This document shows positions 18,433 through 27,678 of a DNA stretch of 40,000 nucleotides, piece by piece. This DNA is from Vibrio phage vB_VpS_PG07, in sequence record MH645904.1; one strand, written 5' to 3'. Each line of letters begins with the position of its first letter. Position 1 is the first letter of the stretch. The notes under the pieces were generated by a model. The model saw nothing but the letters and a program-made list of their open reading frames with translations. It had not been told where the DNA came from and did no database searches. Made by a program: the position numbers and the translations under genes.

Positions 18433-18726
18433 TTACTTTCTCCCCGTCATAGTTACTGTTGCTTTAGTATCACCTGAAATGTACTTCTTCATCATACGTT
18501 CCAGACCTAGAGCTTCGTATTCCGAAATTTTATTTTCGTCTGTGAAGATTGCAGAGAACTCCTCTGTGCCTTCAGGAATCTTGAAGTATTCACCGTCAGC
18601 TTTGATAGCCTCTACAGCCTCCCAGTCTTCTCTGCGGATTGGTCTAGAACCCCATTCCGCAGAGTCCATATCTAAGATTACTAATCCGGATATGTTATCC
18701 GTCTCAATAGTCAGGTTAATTTTCAA
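18433..18726 (-). CDS. hypothetical protein
   Basis: ORF 97 aa. Confidence 0.65.
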   Translation of the reverse strand: MKINLTIETDNISGLVILDMDSAEWGSRPIRREDWEAVEAIKADGEYFKIPEGTEEFSAIFTDENKISEYEALGLERMMKKYISGDTKATVTMTGRK

Positions 18727-18738
18727 ATTGACTCCTTA

Positions 18739-19548
18739 TTATACGATACAAAGTTCGTTGTCTGAATCAAGCCAAAATTGAGTGTACTGCAACTCTCCGT
18801 CTACAAGCTCAGCTATAGTAAGCCTACCCCCGGTGAAGCAAGCCCCTGTGTCAATCCAGTGTTGATTTCCTAGTTGTAAAGGTAAAGGTTCTTCGTCTTC
18901 TCTGACGCACTGTGTTACTGTGTGACCATGAATCGTCAAGTCCACTCCAGACACAAACTGCTCGCCTTCGTAGATTCTATTACGTCCCCACATGATTTCT
19001 TCACGCAGCTTCTGCTGAGCAACCAGTCGGGCTAGGTCTTCATCGCCTTTTACAGAGCCAGTGATTGGAGTCAGTTTTCTTTCTAAAACCTTTAAGTCTC
19101 CGGTAGGGACTTCAGCGTGCGTAACTAGTACTTTAGTATCCTTATACCATACGATTAGTGCTAGAGGGAATTGTTCTTCGACTGCGTTGGCTAATCCTTG
19201 AACGAAGGCTCTGTCATGCTGCTCTGCCCAGTATCCGCCATTTTGGTACCATAAAGCGAAGTTTGACATTTTTCGGTCATTCATCGCTTTAACCATGAAG
19301 TGGTCATGGTTGCCCAGCACAGAGGTCATATTTGTGGACATCAACACTCTAGTTAGAACGTCTACGCTAGCTTCTCCACGGTCGATTAAGTCCCCTGTAC
19401 ATACTAGGTAATCCTTCTCAGATAAGCCTAGAAAATTGACCGCATGTTCGAACAGCTTAGAATCTCCGTGGATGTCGCCTACGAAGAATACACGCTCTCG
19501 GTCATTAAGGTCTATATGTTCAAATGTTTTCATATGCTTGCGTCCCAT
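18739..19548 (-). CDS. PPP-family metallophosphatase (Ser/Thr phosphatase / Ap4A-hydrolase-like)
   Basis: FFVGDIHGD, CTGDLIDRG, LGNHD, IHGHTV motifs. Confidence 0.88.
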   Translation of the reverse strand: MGRKHMKTFEHIDLNDRERVFFVGDIHGDSKLFEHAVNFLGLSEKDYLVCTGDLIDRGEASVDVLTRVLMSTNMTSVLGNHDHFMVKAMNDRKMSNFALWYQNGGYWAEQHDRAFVQGLANAVEEQFPLALIVWYKDTKVLVTHAEVPTGDLKVLERKLTPITGSVKGDEDLARLVAQQKLREEIMWGRNRIYEGEQFVSGVDLTIHGHTVTQCVREDEEPLPLQLGNQHWIDTGACFTGGRLTIAELVDGELQYTQFWLDSDNELCIV

Positions 19549-19871
19549 CGGCAGTAGGTTATCGCTATCTTATGCCTGAGCCGCTTAGCTGCTAGCGTAA
19601 AGATAGGAGAACCTTGTTTGTTGTGTAGTAAATAAGTTTTATTGTATTTTAAATCGACAGGGTTTCGGTAATCTACGATAAGGGTGTATCTATCATTGTA
19701 CAAATCCCCTACCCAAGTATACCCATTATTATCTCGTCCTTGTCTAGTTGTTACCGTGTGGCAATCTGTAGTATTAGCTTTGGGTACTTTGGAAAACCTA
19801 GATTCCGAAGCCAACGTCTGGAAGGTAGTCAAGGCGCATATCATCACCACTGTACTCATCATTGATTTCTT
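19530..19871 (-). CDS. secreted/periplasmic hypothetical protein
   Basis: internal start MKKSMMSTVVMICALTTFQTLAS gives a signal peptide. Confidence 0.55.
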   Translation of the reverse strand, partial: KKSMMSTVVMICALTTFQTLASESRFSKVPKANTTDCHTVTTRQGRDNNGYTWVGDLYNDRYTLIVDYRNPVDLKYNKTYLLHNKQGSPIFTLAAKRLRHKIAITYCRWDASI

Positions 19872-20061
19872 CATACGTTGACCAAAGCTCAAGTTGTTCT
19901 GCTGTGATTTCAAGTTCATCGCCTTCTTTCTTAATCCACCAAATTTCTGCTACGTCACTACGGTTTTGCTCAAATTGCTCCCAAGCATCGACTGCTAGCT
20001 CGTGTACTTCTACTTCTCCGTCAACGAACACAAGCTCAATCCATTCTTCGTTATGGCGCAT
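19798..20061 (-). CDS. hypothetical acidic protein
   Basis: ORF 87 aa with GGAG ribosome-binding site upstream. Confidence 0.65.
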   Translation of the reverse strand: MRHNEEWIELVFVDGEVEVHELAVDAWEQFEQNRSDVAEIWWIKKEGDELEITAEQLELWSTYEEINDEYSGDDMRLDYLPDVGFGI

Positions 20062-20091
20062 AAGATAGTCTCCTCTCTAATTTATATAACT

Positions 20092-20120
20092 ATTATATCG
20101 AAATTTCGAGAGTTTAGCAA
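20092..20120 (-). promoter_or_regulatory. sigma70-like promoter TTGCTA-N17-TATAAT
   Basis: minus strand TTGCTAAACTCTCGAAATTTCGATATAATAGTTATATAAATTAG. Confidence 0.75.
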
Positions 20121-20127
20121 ACGAAAA

Positions 20128-20153
20128 AATCCCTGACATTGCTGTCAGGGATT
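20128..20153 (-). terminator. rho-independent terminator
   Basis: minus strand AATCCCTGACA-GCAA-TGTCAGGGATT followed by T tract. Confidence 0.8.
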
Positions 20154-20156
20154 GGG

Positions 20157-20537
20157 TTAGTTAATTTCGAACTTCTCTATTTCCTCTAAGGCCTCGTCGT
20201 AAGCGTTAGAGTGTTCGTTCTGAATACTTTCTAGAGTTAGTGTGGCTTCCTTAGAGGTGAAACTATCTAAGGACGGTGCTTCCATTCGGTCTATCTTGGC
20301 TTCCATAGCCTGCAAGTCTCTAGTATTATCGTAAACTTGCGTAGTAGGTTGAGTTATCGGGGAGAAGGCTACCATGGCAATTGATGCCAGTAAAGCCACT
20401 ACACCCGAACCCTTAAGAATCTTTGCGTAAGGTAACTCTACCTTAAAGTATTTACAACCACAAAGAACTAGTACTAGCAGTAGTAGAAGCCCTAATACGG
20501 GCTTCGTTACTAGTAGGATGTTAACTAGTAACTCCAA
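20157..20537 (-). CDS. membrane protein
   Basis: two hydrophobic segments. Confidence 0.65.
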   Translation of the reverse strand: MELLVNILLVTKPVLGLLLLLVLVLCGCKYFKVELPYAKILKGSGVVALLASIAMVAFSPITQPTTQVYDNTRDLQAMEAKIDRMEAPSLDSFTSKEATLTLESIQNEHSNAYDEALEEIEKFEIN

Positions 20538-20539
20538 GA

Positions 20540-21421
20540 TTATTCACCTTTAATCATTAGTTGGTCGAACATTTCCACAGGAATAAACGCTTTATTGTTA
20601 GAATCTGCTAGTCGCTCCAGCACTGATAGGCGTTTAAGCTCTACGTAACGGTCAGATGCTGCATCTGCAATCATAGAGTCAGTTTTTGCTTTCATAAGCT
20701 GTACTGCTCGGCGCTCCGCTTCTAGCTCCTTCTCAGCAGCCATCTCCGCTAGCTCTAGCTCTTTCTTAGCCTTAACTTGGCCTAGGGCAGCTTCACGCTC
20801 TTTTGCTAGCTCTTTAGCTCGTGTAATGATGTCAGGGTACTTAGGATTAACCATACCGATATGCTTCAGTCGGAATGGCGTCTCTGACTTGATAATTGTA
20901 CCTACTTCCTTTAGAAGTACGGCGTTAACCGCATCTAGGTTAGAAGATACTTTACCGATGCTGAGTTGCGAGACTACAGCAGGGATTTTTGTTTGTAGGA
21001 TAGGCTGTGCGTATGTCTTATACACTCGTGCCTGCTCGATAACGCCAAGGGAGCCAGAAACTTCTCGGAATGGGACGTTTTGGAATAGACCATCCTGCTC
21101 CTCTGGGTCGATAGCCAGTGTCATTGTAATACGGTAGCCCATATTAAGCTGGTCAACCGGCATGTACGTAAGAAAGTCTTCGGTGTATTGATTATCAGAC
21201 ACATCTAGGATTACTAGACGCTCACACGCCTCGGTCGGGCCACAGTAACTAAGTCGGAACTTAGAGGGATTACGCGCTTTTCCCTTCTCGAAGCCTGCCG
21301 CAGTCTGAACCTTACCCACGAACGCAGTAGGAATCTCTACTCGCTCTCCACGAAAACAACCTGTTAGTGATGTAGCCATTAGAGCGACTACGGCGATTTT
21401 TGCTAGTGTACGTTTAATCAA
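20540..21421 (-). CDS. SPFH/Band-7-like lipoprotein
   Basis: lipobox SLTGC; beta-rich domain followed by charged coiled coil (AKELAKEREAALGQVKAKKELELAEMAAEKELEAERRA) typical of SPFH proteins. Confidence 0.65.
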   Translation of the reverse strand: MIKRTLAKIAVVALMATSLTGCFRGERVEIPTAFVGKVQTAAGFEKGKARNPSKFRLSYCGPTEACERLVILDVSDNQYTEDFLTYMPVDQLNMGYRITMTLAIDPEEQDGLFQNVPFREVSGSLGVIEQARVYKTYAQPILQTKIPAVVSQLSIGKVSSNLDAVNAVLLKEVGTIIKSETPFRLKHIGMVNPKYPDIITRAKELAKEREAALGQVKAKKELELAEMAAEKELEAERRAVQLMKAKTDSMIADAASDRYVELKRLSVLERLADSNNKAFIPVEMFDQLMIKGE

Positions 21422-21432
21422 TGTGGTATTCC

Positions 21433-21870
21433 TTATGCTAGTTTTTCTTTAATTAGGATAGATGCGAATCGAGCATCAAATGGTACGTTAGTTTGTTTTA
21501 GCAGCTTCATTACTGAACCGATGTTCGCTTTGTCACCTAGATGCTCAATGGCTTTATTCACCATGGCCTCTAGCTCTTTTGCGGTAGCTTGCTTAGGTAG
21601 CCACGCGTCGATAAAGCTATTTAGATAAGTCAATTGAATTTCAGGAGTGGCTCCTTGCTCAACCGACTCTACAAGTCGTTTCTGTACTTTTCGTACAAGA
21701 GGGACAACTGCGCTGTCCGAAGTATTCACTGTACGTTGTCGGCTTACTTCTCCGACTAGGTACTGGAATACTGATAGAGCTTCTTTATCCTTTGTGTAGC
21801 GAGCCTGCTCAATAGCTCCTTGGATAGCTTCGTATACACTACCCGTCGTACGGATATTTTGAAAATCCAT
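21433..21870 (-). CDS. hypothetical protein
   Basis: ORF 145 aa. Confidence 0.7.
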   Translation of the reverse strand: MDFQNIRTTGSVYEAIQGAIEQARYTKDKEALSVFQYLVGEVSRQRTVNTSDSAVVPLVRKVQKRLVESVEQGATPEIQLTYLNSFIDAWLPKQATAKELEAMVNKAIEHLGDKANIGSVMKLLKQTNVPFDARFASILIKEKLA

Positions 21871-22051
21871 TACATGCCTCTTCAGGGTCTGATGTTACCA
21901 GAAAACAGTAGTTATCTGGGTGAAAGCAGTAGTGTAGTGGTTTGTTGCTTACAGGGTCTAATTGGATGGTAATCCAATTAGCCATCCAATCAGCCCAACT
22001 ATCTACTGCGTGAAGTTTTTGTTGTGCTTGTGTTAGCTCCAAAGGGTTCAT
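21839..22051 (-). CDS. hypothetical protein
   Basis: ORF 70 aa. Confidence 0.6.
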   Translation of the reverse strand: MNPLELTQAQQKLHAVDSWADWMANWITIQLDPVSNKPLHYCFHPDNYCFLVTSDPEEACNGFSKYPYDG

Positions 22052-22197
22052 TTCCTACCCACTAATAGTAAGAGTAACATCCCTACTATAGGACTAAAGA
22101 CCGCTGAGAATAGGAACCAGCCTATGGGGCTCCTACGGTAGTTCGCAGCTGCATAGCCTACCAAGGCACACACGATAAGATATAGTAATGCTCCCAT
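22048..22197 (-). CDS. small membrane protein (49 aa), absent from ORF track
   Basis: minus strand MGALLYLIVCALVGYAAANYRRSPIGWFLFSAVFSPIVGMLLLLLVGRK. Confidence 0.6.
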   Translation of the reverse strand: MGALLYLIVCALVGYAAANYRRSPIGWFLFSAVFSPIVGMLLLLLVGRK

Positions 22198-22199
22198 AC

Positions 22200-23345
22200 T
22201 TAGTACCTACGAGTTTTCTCTGCCAATTTATCTAGCATATTGCTGCCAGAGACCGCTTCCGCTACTTTTTCGATAGCGTCATCCAATAGGTCTTCTAGAG
22301 GAATGTTCTCTGTGACCTTCATGCCTGCGTAAACGATAGCTTTATCTGCTGTTTCTTGTAGTTTTTCGTCTTTAACGCCTTTAAGCTCTAAGGCTAGTTT
22401 AAAGCCTTCCGCAGCTAGTAGGTCAGACACTGGAGATTCCATGAAGCGCTCGACTGGGTCAGTAGTGCCTGTTAGCTTCATCATAGCTCGCTGCATGAAA
22501 GTTGGTTTAAGTACCGCTTTTAGTAGGGGAGTCATTGCAGCTTTGATAACCATATTGGCTGTACGACCTGCGTTCAAAAATGCAATATCTTTTGCCGCTG
22601 CTTTGTTGCTTTCTACCATGTTCTCTGCGATTCGTTTTGTCTTGCTCATTTTATTGTCCTGTTTATCTTTAACTGTTACATTTTTGAAAGTGTGAGTGTT
22701 GCCGTTTACTACTATATCAGGAGTGTCCCAGATGTTCTCCGTTTCCGCCGATGCCACTCCCCGCTCCGCTTCTAGGGTTATAGTACGGATTACGTCTTTA
22801 CGAACTTTGTCCCAATCACTGGTTGAGTCCATCAGTGTGACCACTGCTCTTCTAATGTTATTTCTTTCTACTGCAGAAGCCTCTACCTTATTAAGGACTC
22901 TAGTGTAGAATAGCCTATCGAATAGGGGTATAAGATTATCAAAACTTACGCCTTGGTGTATCTCTCCGTAGCTTACAGTTGACACGCTGAACACAGTCAT
23001 GGTATTCATAGAGTCAAAGTAAAGTGGTAAAACTACCTCCTGTCCTAGAAGGAAAGGACACGCTGGCATATTACTTTTCTTGCTAGCCCAGAACCTAACT
23101 CGTTCTGGAAATTTGGAGCCTAAACGTTCAGGAGCTTGAGCAACATATTCCGCCCAAGAACTTACGTTACCTTCTATTCTTAGTGTTTGTGTGTAGGCGT
23201 TTAGTAGGTGTCTTTCAGACACAGATATTAAAGGAACCTTTGGGGGCTGCTTAGCCTGTAGTAGGTTGGTAGAGGTTCTAATAAGCGCATCTAGCTTACC
23301 TCCCTGCTGTGGCCCCATTTGTAGGTCTAGTGATGTATAATTCAT
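22200..23345 (-). CDS. hypothetical protein
   Basis: ORF 381 aa. Confidence 0.75.
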   Translation of the reverse strand: MNYTSLDLQMGPQQGGKLDALIRTSTNLLQAKQPPKVPLISVSERHLLNAYTQTLRIEGNVSSWAEYVAQAPERLGSKFPERVRFWASKKSNMPACPFLLGQEVVLPLYFDSMNTMTVFSVSTVSYGEIHQGVSFDNLIPLFDRLFYTRVLNKVEASAVERNNIRRAVVTLMDSTSDWDKVRKDVIRTITLEAERGVASAETENIWDTPDIVVNGNTHTFKNVTVKDKQDNKMSKTKRIAENMVESNKAAAKDIAFLNAGRTANMVIKAAMTPLLKAVLKPTFMQRAMMKLTGTTDPVERFMESPVSDLLAAEGFKLALELKGVKDEKLQETADKAIVYAGMKVTENIPLEDLLDDAIEKVAEAVSGSNMLDKLAEKTRRY

Positions 23346-23372
23346 TTTCCGTTTCCTTATTTAATATGAATA

Positions 23373-23401
23373 TTATACGGAAATCCTGCCTGATTGGCAA
23401 T
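23373..23401 (-). promoter_or_regulatory. sigma70-like promoter TTGCCA-N17-TATAAT
   Basis: minus strand TTGCCAATCAGGCAGGATTTCCGTATAATATTC. Confidence 0.75.
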
Positions 23402-23669
23402 TAATTGTTTTCTTTATTGTCAAGAAGGACTCTACGTAAACTGAAGTCTCTCTATCACTAAAATCAATCTCAGGTAGTAGAGAGTGTGGAGCACCTGACC
23501 TACAGGACAAAATAACCGAGTCGTAGTGGCTAGGATGAAGCTCTTCTAGAATACGGCAAATTGTGTCGATATTTACGGGGTCTTTACTCGACATTGTTAA
23601 TATCTCCCATGCTGTAGTTAGCTTTGGAAGGTGCAGAAGTACTAAGTACCCAGGCAAATAAATCTTCAC
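23373..23669 (-). CDS. hypothetical protein
   Basis: ORF 98 aa. Confidence 0.5.
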   Translation of the reverse strand: MKIYLPGYLVLLHLPKLTTAWEILTMSSKDPVNIDTICRILEELHPSHYDSVILSCRSGAPHSLLPEIDFSDRETSVYVESFLTIKKTINCQSGRISV

Positions 23670-23997
23670 GCAAGATTAGCTTGCCTTTCTTAGAAGCTAC
23701 ATAAGGAATCCAGTCCATTACACGAGGAAACTTACCAAACTCGTAAATCTCTAGGAACTCTTCCTTGGTTACTGTATCTGTAGGTACGTCATAGGTAAAC
23801 TGTAACGTACCAAATACAGTTTCTACTGCTGAGCAGAAATCTTTTACAGAGCCGTATACTTTATATTTACGGATAAAATGCGCGAAGTCCATCTGGCCTT
23901 TCTCGTTAATATGCTCTACAGCGAAGCCGTAAGGCAGGTGAGGACCCTCTAGGTCGTATTCGTCTACCAGTTCGATTAGTTTATCAGAGAATTTCAC
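23584..23997 (-). CDS. hypothetical protein
   Basis: ORF 137 aa. Confidence 0.6.
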   Translation of the reverse strand: MKFSDKLIELVDEYDLEGPHLPYGFAVEHINEKGQMDFAHFIRKYKVYGSVKDFCSAVETVFGTLQFTYDVPTDTVTKEEFLEIYEFGKFPRVMDWIPYVASKKGKLILREDLFAWVLSTSAPSKANYSMGDINNVE

Positions 23998-24082
23998 TTC
24001 CGTACCTCGCGTCTAAGTAATTGATTGTGTCGATGTTTTCGTATAGTGCTAGCACTATTAAGAATAAGTAATACAGTTGCAT

Positions 24083-24376
24083 TTATTTGTTACTCTTTAG
24101 CTTGCGAAGTTCTTTAGCCATGGCGCGGTTCTCCGCCCCACGGTTACGATGTGTTTTAGGAGCAATAGGCTTGTAAGTACTGGCTTGAAGCAGCTCTCGA
24201 TACTTATCTTCTAGTGCGTTAAATGCTTTAGCATTAGTCTCTAGAGCGGTAAGCATCTTGTTAAGGATTGGCACAGTAAGGGGCTTCAGTTCTTCAGCAG
24301 AAATACCGTTGCCTAGCAGGATAGCTAGTACGTGCTGAAGTTCTGCTTTGCTCATATCTGGTTTCAACATTTCCAT
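24083..24376 (-). CDS. hypothetical protein
   Basis: ORF 97 aa. Confidence 0.65.
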   Translation of the reverse strand: MEMLKPDMSKAELQHVLAILLGNGISAEELKPLTVPILNKMLTALETNAKAFNALEDKYRELLQASTYKPIAPKTHRNRGAENRAMAKELRKLKSNK

Positions 24377-24407
24377 TAATATTTCCTCTCATTCAATTTA
24401 TATAAAT

Positions 24408-24436
24408 ATTATAGCGAAATTTACATGTTTTGGCTA
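24408..24436 (-). promoter_or_regulatory. sigma70-like promoter TAGCCA-N17-TATAAT
   Basis: conserved TATAATATTTATATAAATTGA core. Confidence 0.65.
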
Positions 24437-24700
24437 TTGAAGAAATCCGAAATCTCGTAGTAATCCCTCGACTTCGACTTTTGTAATGTTGCTCACGCCC
24501 ACCAAGGCCGCACCTGGCTTATCGCCGGGGTCGATAAGTAAGGTGGGAACCATAACCACACCATACCTTGCAAATAGCGGGTCTGGTCTAGTAACCTTTA
24601 TAATATCTATTAACGGATTTTCTTTTAGTATTTTTGATACCACGTCCTGTGCTTTTTCACAGGGGTAACACCCGTTGGATGAAAATAGGTATATCTTCAT
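24434..24700 (-). CDS. thioredoxin/glutaredoxin-like protein
   Basis: SSNGCYPCEKAQ active site, VVMVPTLLI cis-Pro region. Confidence 0.85.
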   Translation of the reverse strand: MKIYLFSSNGCYPCEKAQDVVSKILKENPLIDIIKVTRPDPLFARYGVVMVPTLLIDPGDKPGAALVGVSNITKVEVEGLLRDFGFLQ

Positions 24701-24717
24701 AGGCTCCTCATACGAGA

Positions 24718-24741
24718 AAACCCTGCACGTTAATGCAGGGT
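24718..24741 (-). terminator. rho-independent terminator
   Basis: minus strand AACCCTGCATTAACGTGCAGGGTTTTC. Confidence 0.75.
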
Positions 24742-24745
24742 TCGA

Positions 24746-25132
24746 TTAAAGTACTAGCTCGATGTGGAAAGCATCAATCCAGTTGTCTGTAACTGTTTTG
24801 TTGTCGTTCCAGTCGGCTCCCATTCTTAACTTGATTCCCATCTCATCAGCTACGCCTTTCACGTATCCAATAAAGTAATATAGGTCTCTTTCGTCTTTGA
24901 ATGGGTAAGGTTGTATGTCAACGGCAATGCTAGGATAGGCATTGTGTTTTGACCTAGGATACTGTAGCTGTGATTTTCCTTCAGCATACAGTCGGTTCTG
25001 TTCTTCCTTGGAACGGTGGCCACATACAATGGTGTGGTCCCATCTAGGAAGGATTCTCTCCATAAGTTTAATTAGGAGAGGGTGACAAGTATCTAGTCGT
25101 TCTCTACTTGCTTTTGAGTATTTATTCGCCAT
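24746..25132 (-). CDS. endolysin, L-alanyl-D-glutamate peptidase-like (M15 family, T5 Lys type)
   Basis: GHRSKEEQNRLYAEGKS...YPSIAVDIQPYP...DAFHIEL. Confidence 0.85.
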   Translation of the reverse strand: MANKYSKASRERLDTCHPLLIKLMERILPRWDHTIVCGHRSKEEQNRLYAEGKSQLQYPRSKHNAYPSIAVDIQPYPFKDERDLYYFIGYVKGVADEMGIKLRMGADWNDNKTVTDNWIDAFHIELVL

Positions 25133-25871
25133 TTTCCTGTTCTTCGTCAGGGGACTCAGGCTGTTCAGGTGGTGCTACGTCATTGGGGCTGGATTGCACG
25201 TTTTCTAGAGTTTTTAATGCCTCTTGCATAGCTTCCTGAGCCTGTTCGTCCGCCTCTTGTGCTAACTTTTCGCGGTGAGCGTACGTGCCCGCTAAGCGGT
25301 CAAGAATCTCTTGGCCAATGTAGTATCTGTCGTGGTTATTGCGAAGTACATCTTCCAGTTCTTCATCAGACAGAAAACCTGTGTATAGGTCAGTATAACA
25401 AGTTCGAGTAAGCTCGTTATACGCTTTTGCAGCACGAGTCACGTCCTCGCCCTTAGCGTAAAATCCGCCAGAGAAAGTATGAACCATTAGCAAACTATAC
25501 GGATATACTACATGTTCGTGGCACGCCATAAAGATATTAGCGTGGGCTGACTGGGCTTCTCCTGCCAGGTGTCCAACAACCCTACCTTTGGTATTAGCTA
25601 TCTCATGAACCAGTTCGATACACGTTCTTAGATGGCCGCCTGGCCCGTTAAGGTAGATTTCAAAGGTATCCGACTCGGAGGCATTTCGCAGTAGATGCTT
25701 TAGGTCTCGGTACTTAGATGCTAGGGAAATTCCCTCGTCTAGGTGTACCTGATAAACTCCTCCTGGGTTTGGTCGGTAAGAAATGAATACGTGAGGTGCT
25801 TCAGAAGGTAGCTGAGCACCTACACGGTTTTTGCTAATATCACCTGTTACGGTTAGTTTTTGTGGTTCCAT
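25122..25871 (-). CDS. ClpP-like serine protease
   Basis: YLNGPGG, GEAQSAHANIFMA, MVHTFSGG. Confidence 0.85.
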   Translation of the reverse strand: MEPQKLTVTGDISKNRVGAQLPSEAPHVFISYRPNPGGVYQVHLDEGISLASKYRDLKHLLRNASESDTFEIYLNGPGGHLRTCIELVHEIANTKGRVVGHLAGEAQSAHANIFMACHEHVVYPYSLLMVHTFSGGFYAKGEDVTRAAKAYNELTRTCYTDLYTGFLSDEELEDVLRNNHDRYYIGQEILDRLAGTYAHREKLAQEADEQAQEAMQEALKTLENVQSSPNDVAPPEQPESPDEEQENGE

Positions 25872-25913
25872 TTAGTCTCCTAGGTTTCTGGTCTTTCGTT
25901 GATTAATATAAAT

Positions 25914-25942
25914 ATTATATCAATTTTGAGACAGTTAGGCAA
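25914..25942 (-). promoter_or_regulatory. sigma70-like promoter TTGCCT-N17-TATAAT
   Basis: minus strand TTGCCTAACTGTCTCAAAATTGATATAATATTTATATTAATC. Confidence 0.7.
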
Positions 25943-25959
25943 CTATAAGTTTCCAGCAA

Positions 25960-26304
25960 TCACTCCTCGCTCTTGGCTAGCTTGTTAATAGGTACTACGT
26001 CTAGTATTCTATCAGTAAGGTCAGATGCCCTTTCTAGTTGTTCAAATATCTCTACTACCATTTCCTGCTCCTTCTGGTACCCTGGTAGTACAGACACTGT
26101 ACTAATCTGATATTCTACATTATTGATGCAGTAATAATTAAATTTATCTTCTGGAATCCCCGCGTTGAGTTGTTCTTGAAGACTTTCCTGGTAAGCTTGA
26201 TATTCAGGTAGATGATTAGGCTCTACCTTTGTTAGTTCACTACATTGCTCACCTAAGGCAGGAGCACATAGAAATACTAACGCTAGTATAATAGCTTTAA
26301 TCAT
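25960..26304 (-). CDS. secreted small hypothetical protein
   Basis: N-terminal signal sequence MIKAIILALVFLCAPALG. Confidence 0.65.
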   Translation of the reverse strand: MIKAIILALVFLCAPALGEQCSELTKVEPNHLPEYQAYQESLQEQLNAGIPEDKFNYYCINNVEYQISTVSVLPGYQKEQEMVVEIFEQLERASDLTDRILDVVPINKLAKSEE

Positions 26305-26747
26305 TTAAATACCTCTTGTTCTATAATTGACAACTTACCCTCAATTCCACTTAGCTGGAGCCTTATGGAGCTGAGTAGCGCGGTACTGTTGCCTCTTCCG
26401 ACAGTTAAAACGTCTATATCCTTTTTTATAGATTCTATATCTTGTCGTATTCTATGAATGTTGGGGGCTGCATTAACATCTAGCTTTAAGCGATTGATGT
26501 CACCCTCCACCTTTAGCATCCTTTCTCTAAGAGAATTTATCTCTAAGCTATAGGTTTTTATATCTATCTTTGTACCTTTAGCTGCGTCCTCTAATACCTG
26601 CACTTTAGAAGCCAACTCGCTATACTTGAGTTCCAAGGCTTTGTCGGCACTGCCCTGCTCTAGAACCCAGTTTACTGATAAAGTTAATAGTATTGGGATA
26701 GCAGCATTGATAACTACTGTTTTCCAATTCATTGGCAAAATTCCCAT
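26301..26747 (-). CDS. membrane-anchored coiled-coil protein
   Basis: N-terminal TM then heptad-rich region. Confidence 0.65.
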   Translation of the reverse strand: MGILPMNWKTVVINAAIPILLTLSVNWVLEQGSADKALELKYSELASKVQVLEDAAKGTKIDIKTYSLEINSLRERMLKVEGDINRLKLDVNAAPNIHRIRQDIESIKKDIDVLTVGRGNSTALLSSIRLQLSGIEGKLSIIEQEVFK

Positions 26748-26792
26748 ATACCAGTTAGTTACTGGTCTTTAAATTTGTAACCCTACCTTGAC

Positions 26793-26821
26793 AGTATACC
26801 TATATATGGGGATGGTGTCAA
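26793..26821 (-). promoter_or_regulatory. strong sigma70-like promoter TTGACA-N17-TATACT
   Basis: minus strand TTGACACCATCCCCATATATAGGTATACT. Confidence 0.75.
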
Positions 26822-26882
26822 CTATAGATTAAAATTATTACTTGACATACCTCGAATGATGAGTGTGGCTTTCGTTGCACGC

Positions 26883-26907
26883 AAAAAAGCCCGCACTTGG
26901 CGGGCTT
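26883..26907 (-). terminator. rho-independent terminator
   Basis: minus strand AGCCCGCCAAGTGCGGGCTTTTTTG. Confidence 0.85.
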
Positions 26908-26911
26908 TGGG

Positions 26912-27571
26912 TTATAATACACCTAACGGGCCATCTCCGTTAGCAGCTATAGTAATAGCTTTGGTTCGTAAGTCTAGAAGATTGCCGTCGTTGATTAGAA
27001 CGGTATCAATAAGGCTAGGGCAAATTCCCGCTTCGGACGCATGGCCAGATGAGGGTATTTTCTCTAACCCAGGGAGTACAACTTCGATTACTCGGTAGTT
27101 TTTATTTTTAAAGTACTGGGCTTCGTTGTCAAAGCGTACATCCGTGATAACTTGGCTCTCAGGGGCTAGGTCTAACCAAATCGTGTCCGATTTAGACCGA
27201 CCCCACTCTGTGCCTAGCAGCTGCATTAAAGTACGTAGGGAGCGGAAGGTAGTCATAGACTCTCCGCTCTCTTCTAGACCAAATAACGCAATCCACTCTT
27301 CCCAAGCATCATGGAACTCTTGATACTTATCTAGCCCTAGTTCGTTATATAACATTCCTGCTTCTTCTAGGCTAGTAACGTCTACATGGTACGTCATCTC
27401 CATTTCTTTGTACGCTCGGTCTTCCATTTGGTGTTCTGGAATATTGAACAGAGCTTTTAGTAACGCTTTGATAGGGTTGGCCAAGGCATAAGTACCTACC
27501 TTTAATTCTTCCGCTAACATCGCACCTACGGTATCTTTGCCAGCTCCGGCATCGCCTGAAATTACATACAT
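26912..27571 (-). CDS. dnk: deoxynucleoside monophosphate kinase
   Basis: GDAGAGKDTVGAMLA P-loop; LMQLLGTEWGR; VITDVRFDNEAQ. Confidence 0.85.
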   Translation of the reverse strand: MYVISGDAGAGKDTVGAMLAEELKVGTYALANPIKALLKALFNIPEHQMEDRAYKEMEMTYHVDVTSLEEAGMLYNELGLDKYQEFHDAWEEWIALFGLEESGESMTTFRSLRTLMQLLGTEWGRSKSDTIWLDLAPESQVITDVRFDNEAQYFKNKNYRVIEVVLPGLEKIPSSGHASEAGICPSLIDTVLINDGNLLDLRTKAITIAANGDGPLGVL

Positions 27572-27610
27572 TATCTATTTCCTCTAAGTCATTATCTATT
27601 GTTACAAGGT

Positions 27611-27639
27611 ATTATATCGTAATTATAGCTTTTTGACAA
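27611..27639 (-). promoter_or_regulatory. sigma70-like promoter TTGTCA-N17-TATAAT
   Basis: minus strand TTGTCAAAAAGCTATAATTACGATATAAT. Confidence 0.75.
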
Positions 27640-27648
27640 ATAATAAAA

Positions 27649-27669
27649 AACCCTGAACAAGTCAGGGTT
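27649..27669 (-). terminator. rho-independent terminator at end of tRNA locus transcript
   Basis: minus strand AACCCTGACTTGTTCAGGGTTTTTTATT. Confidence 0.8.
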
Positions 27670-27678
27670 AGTTAGTAT

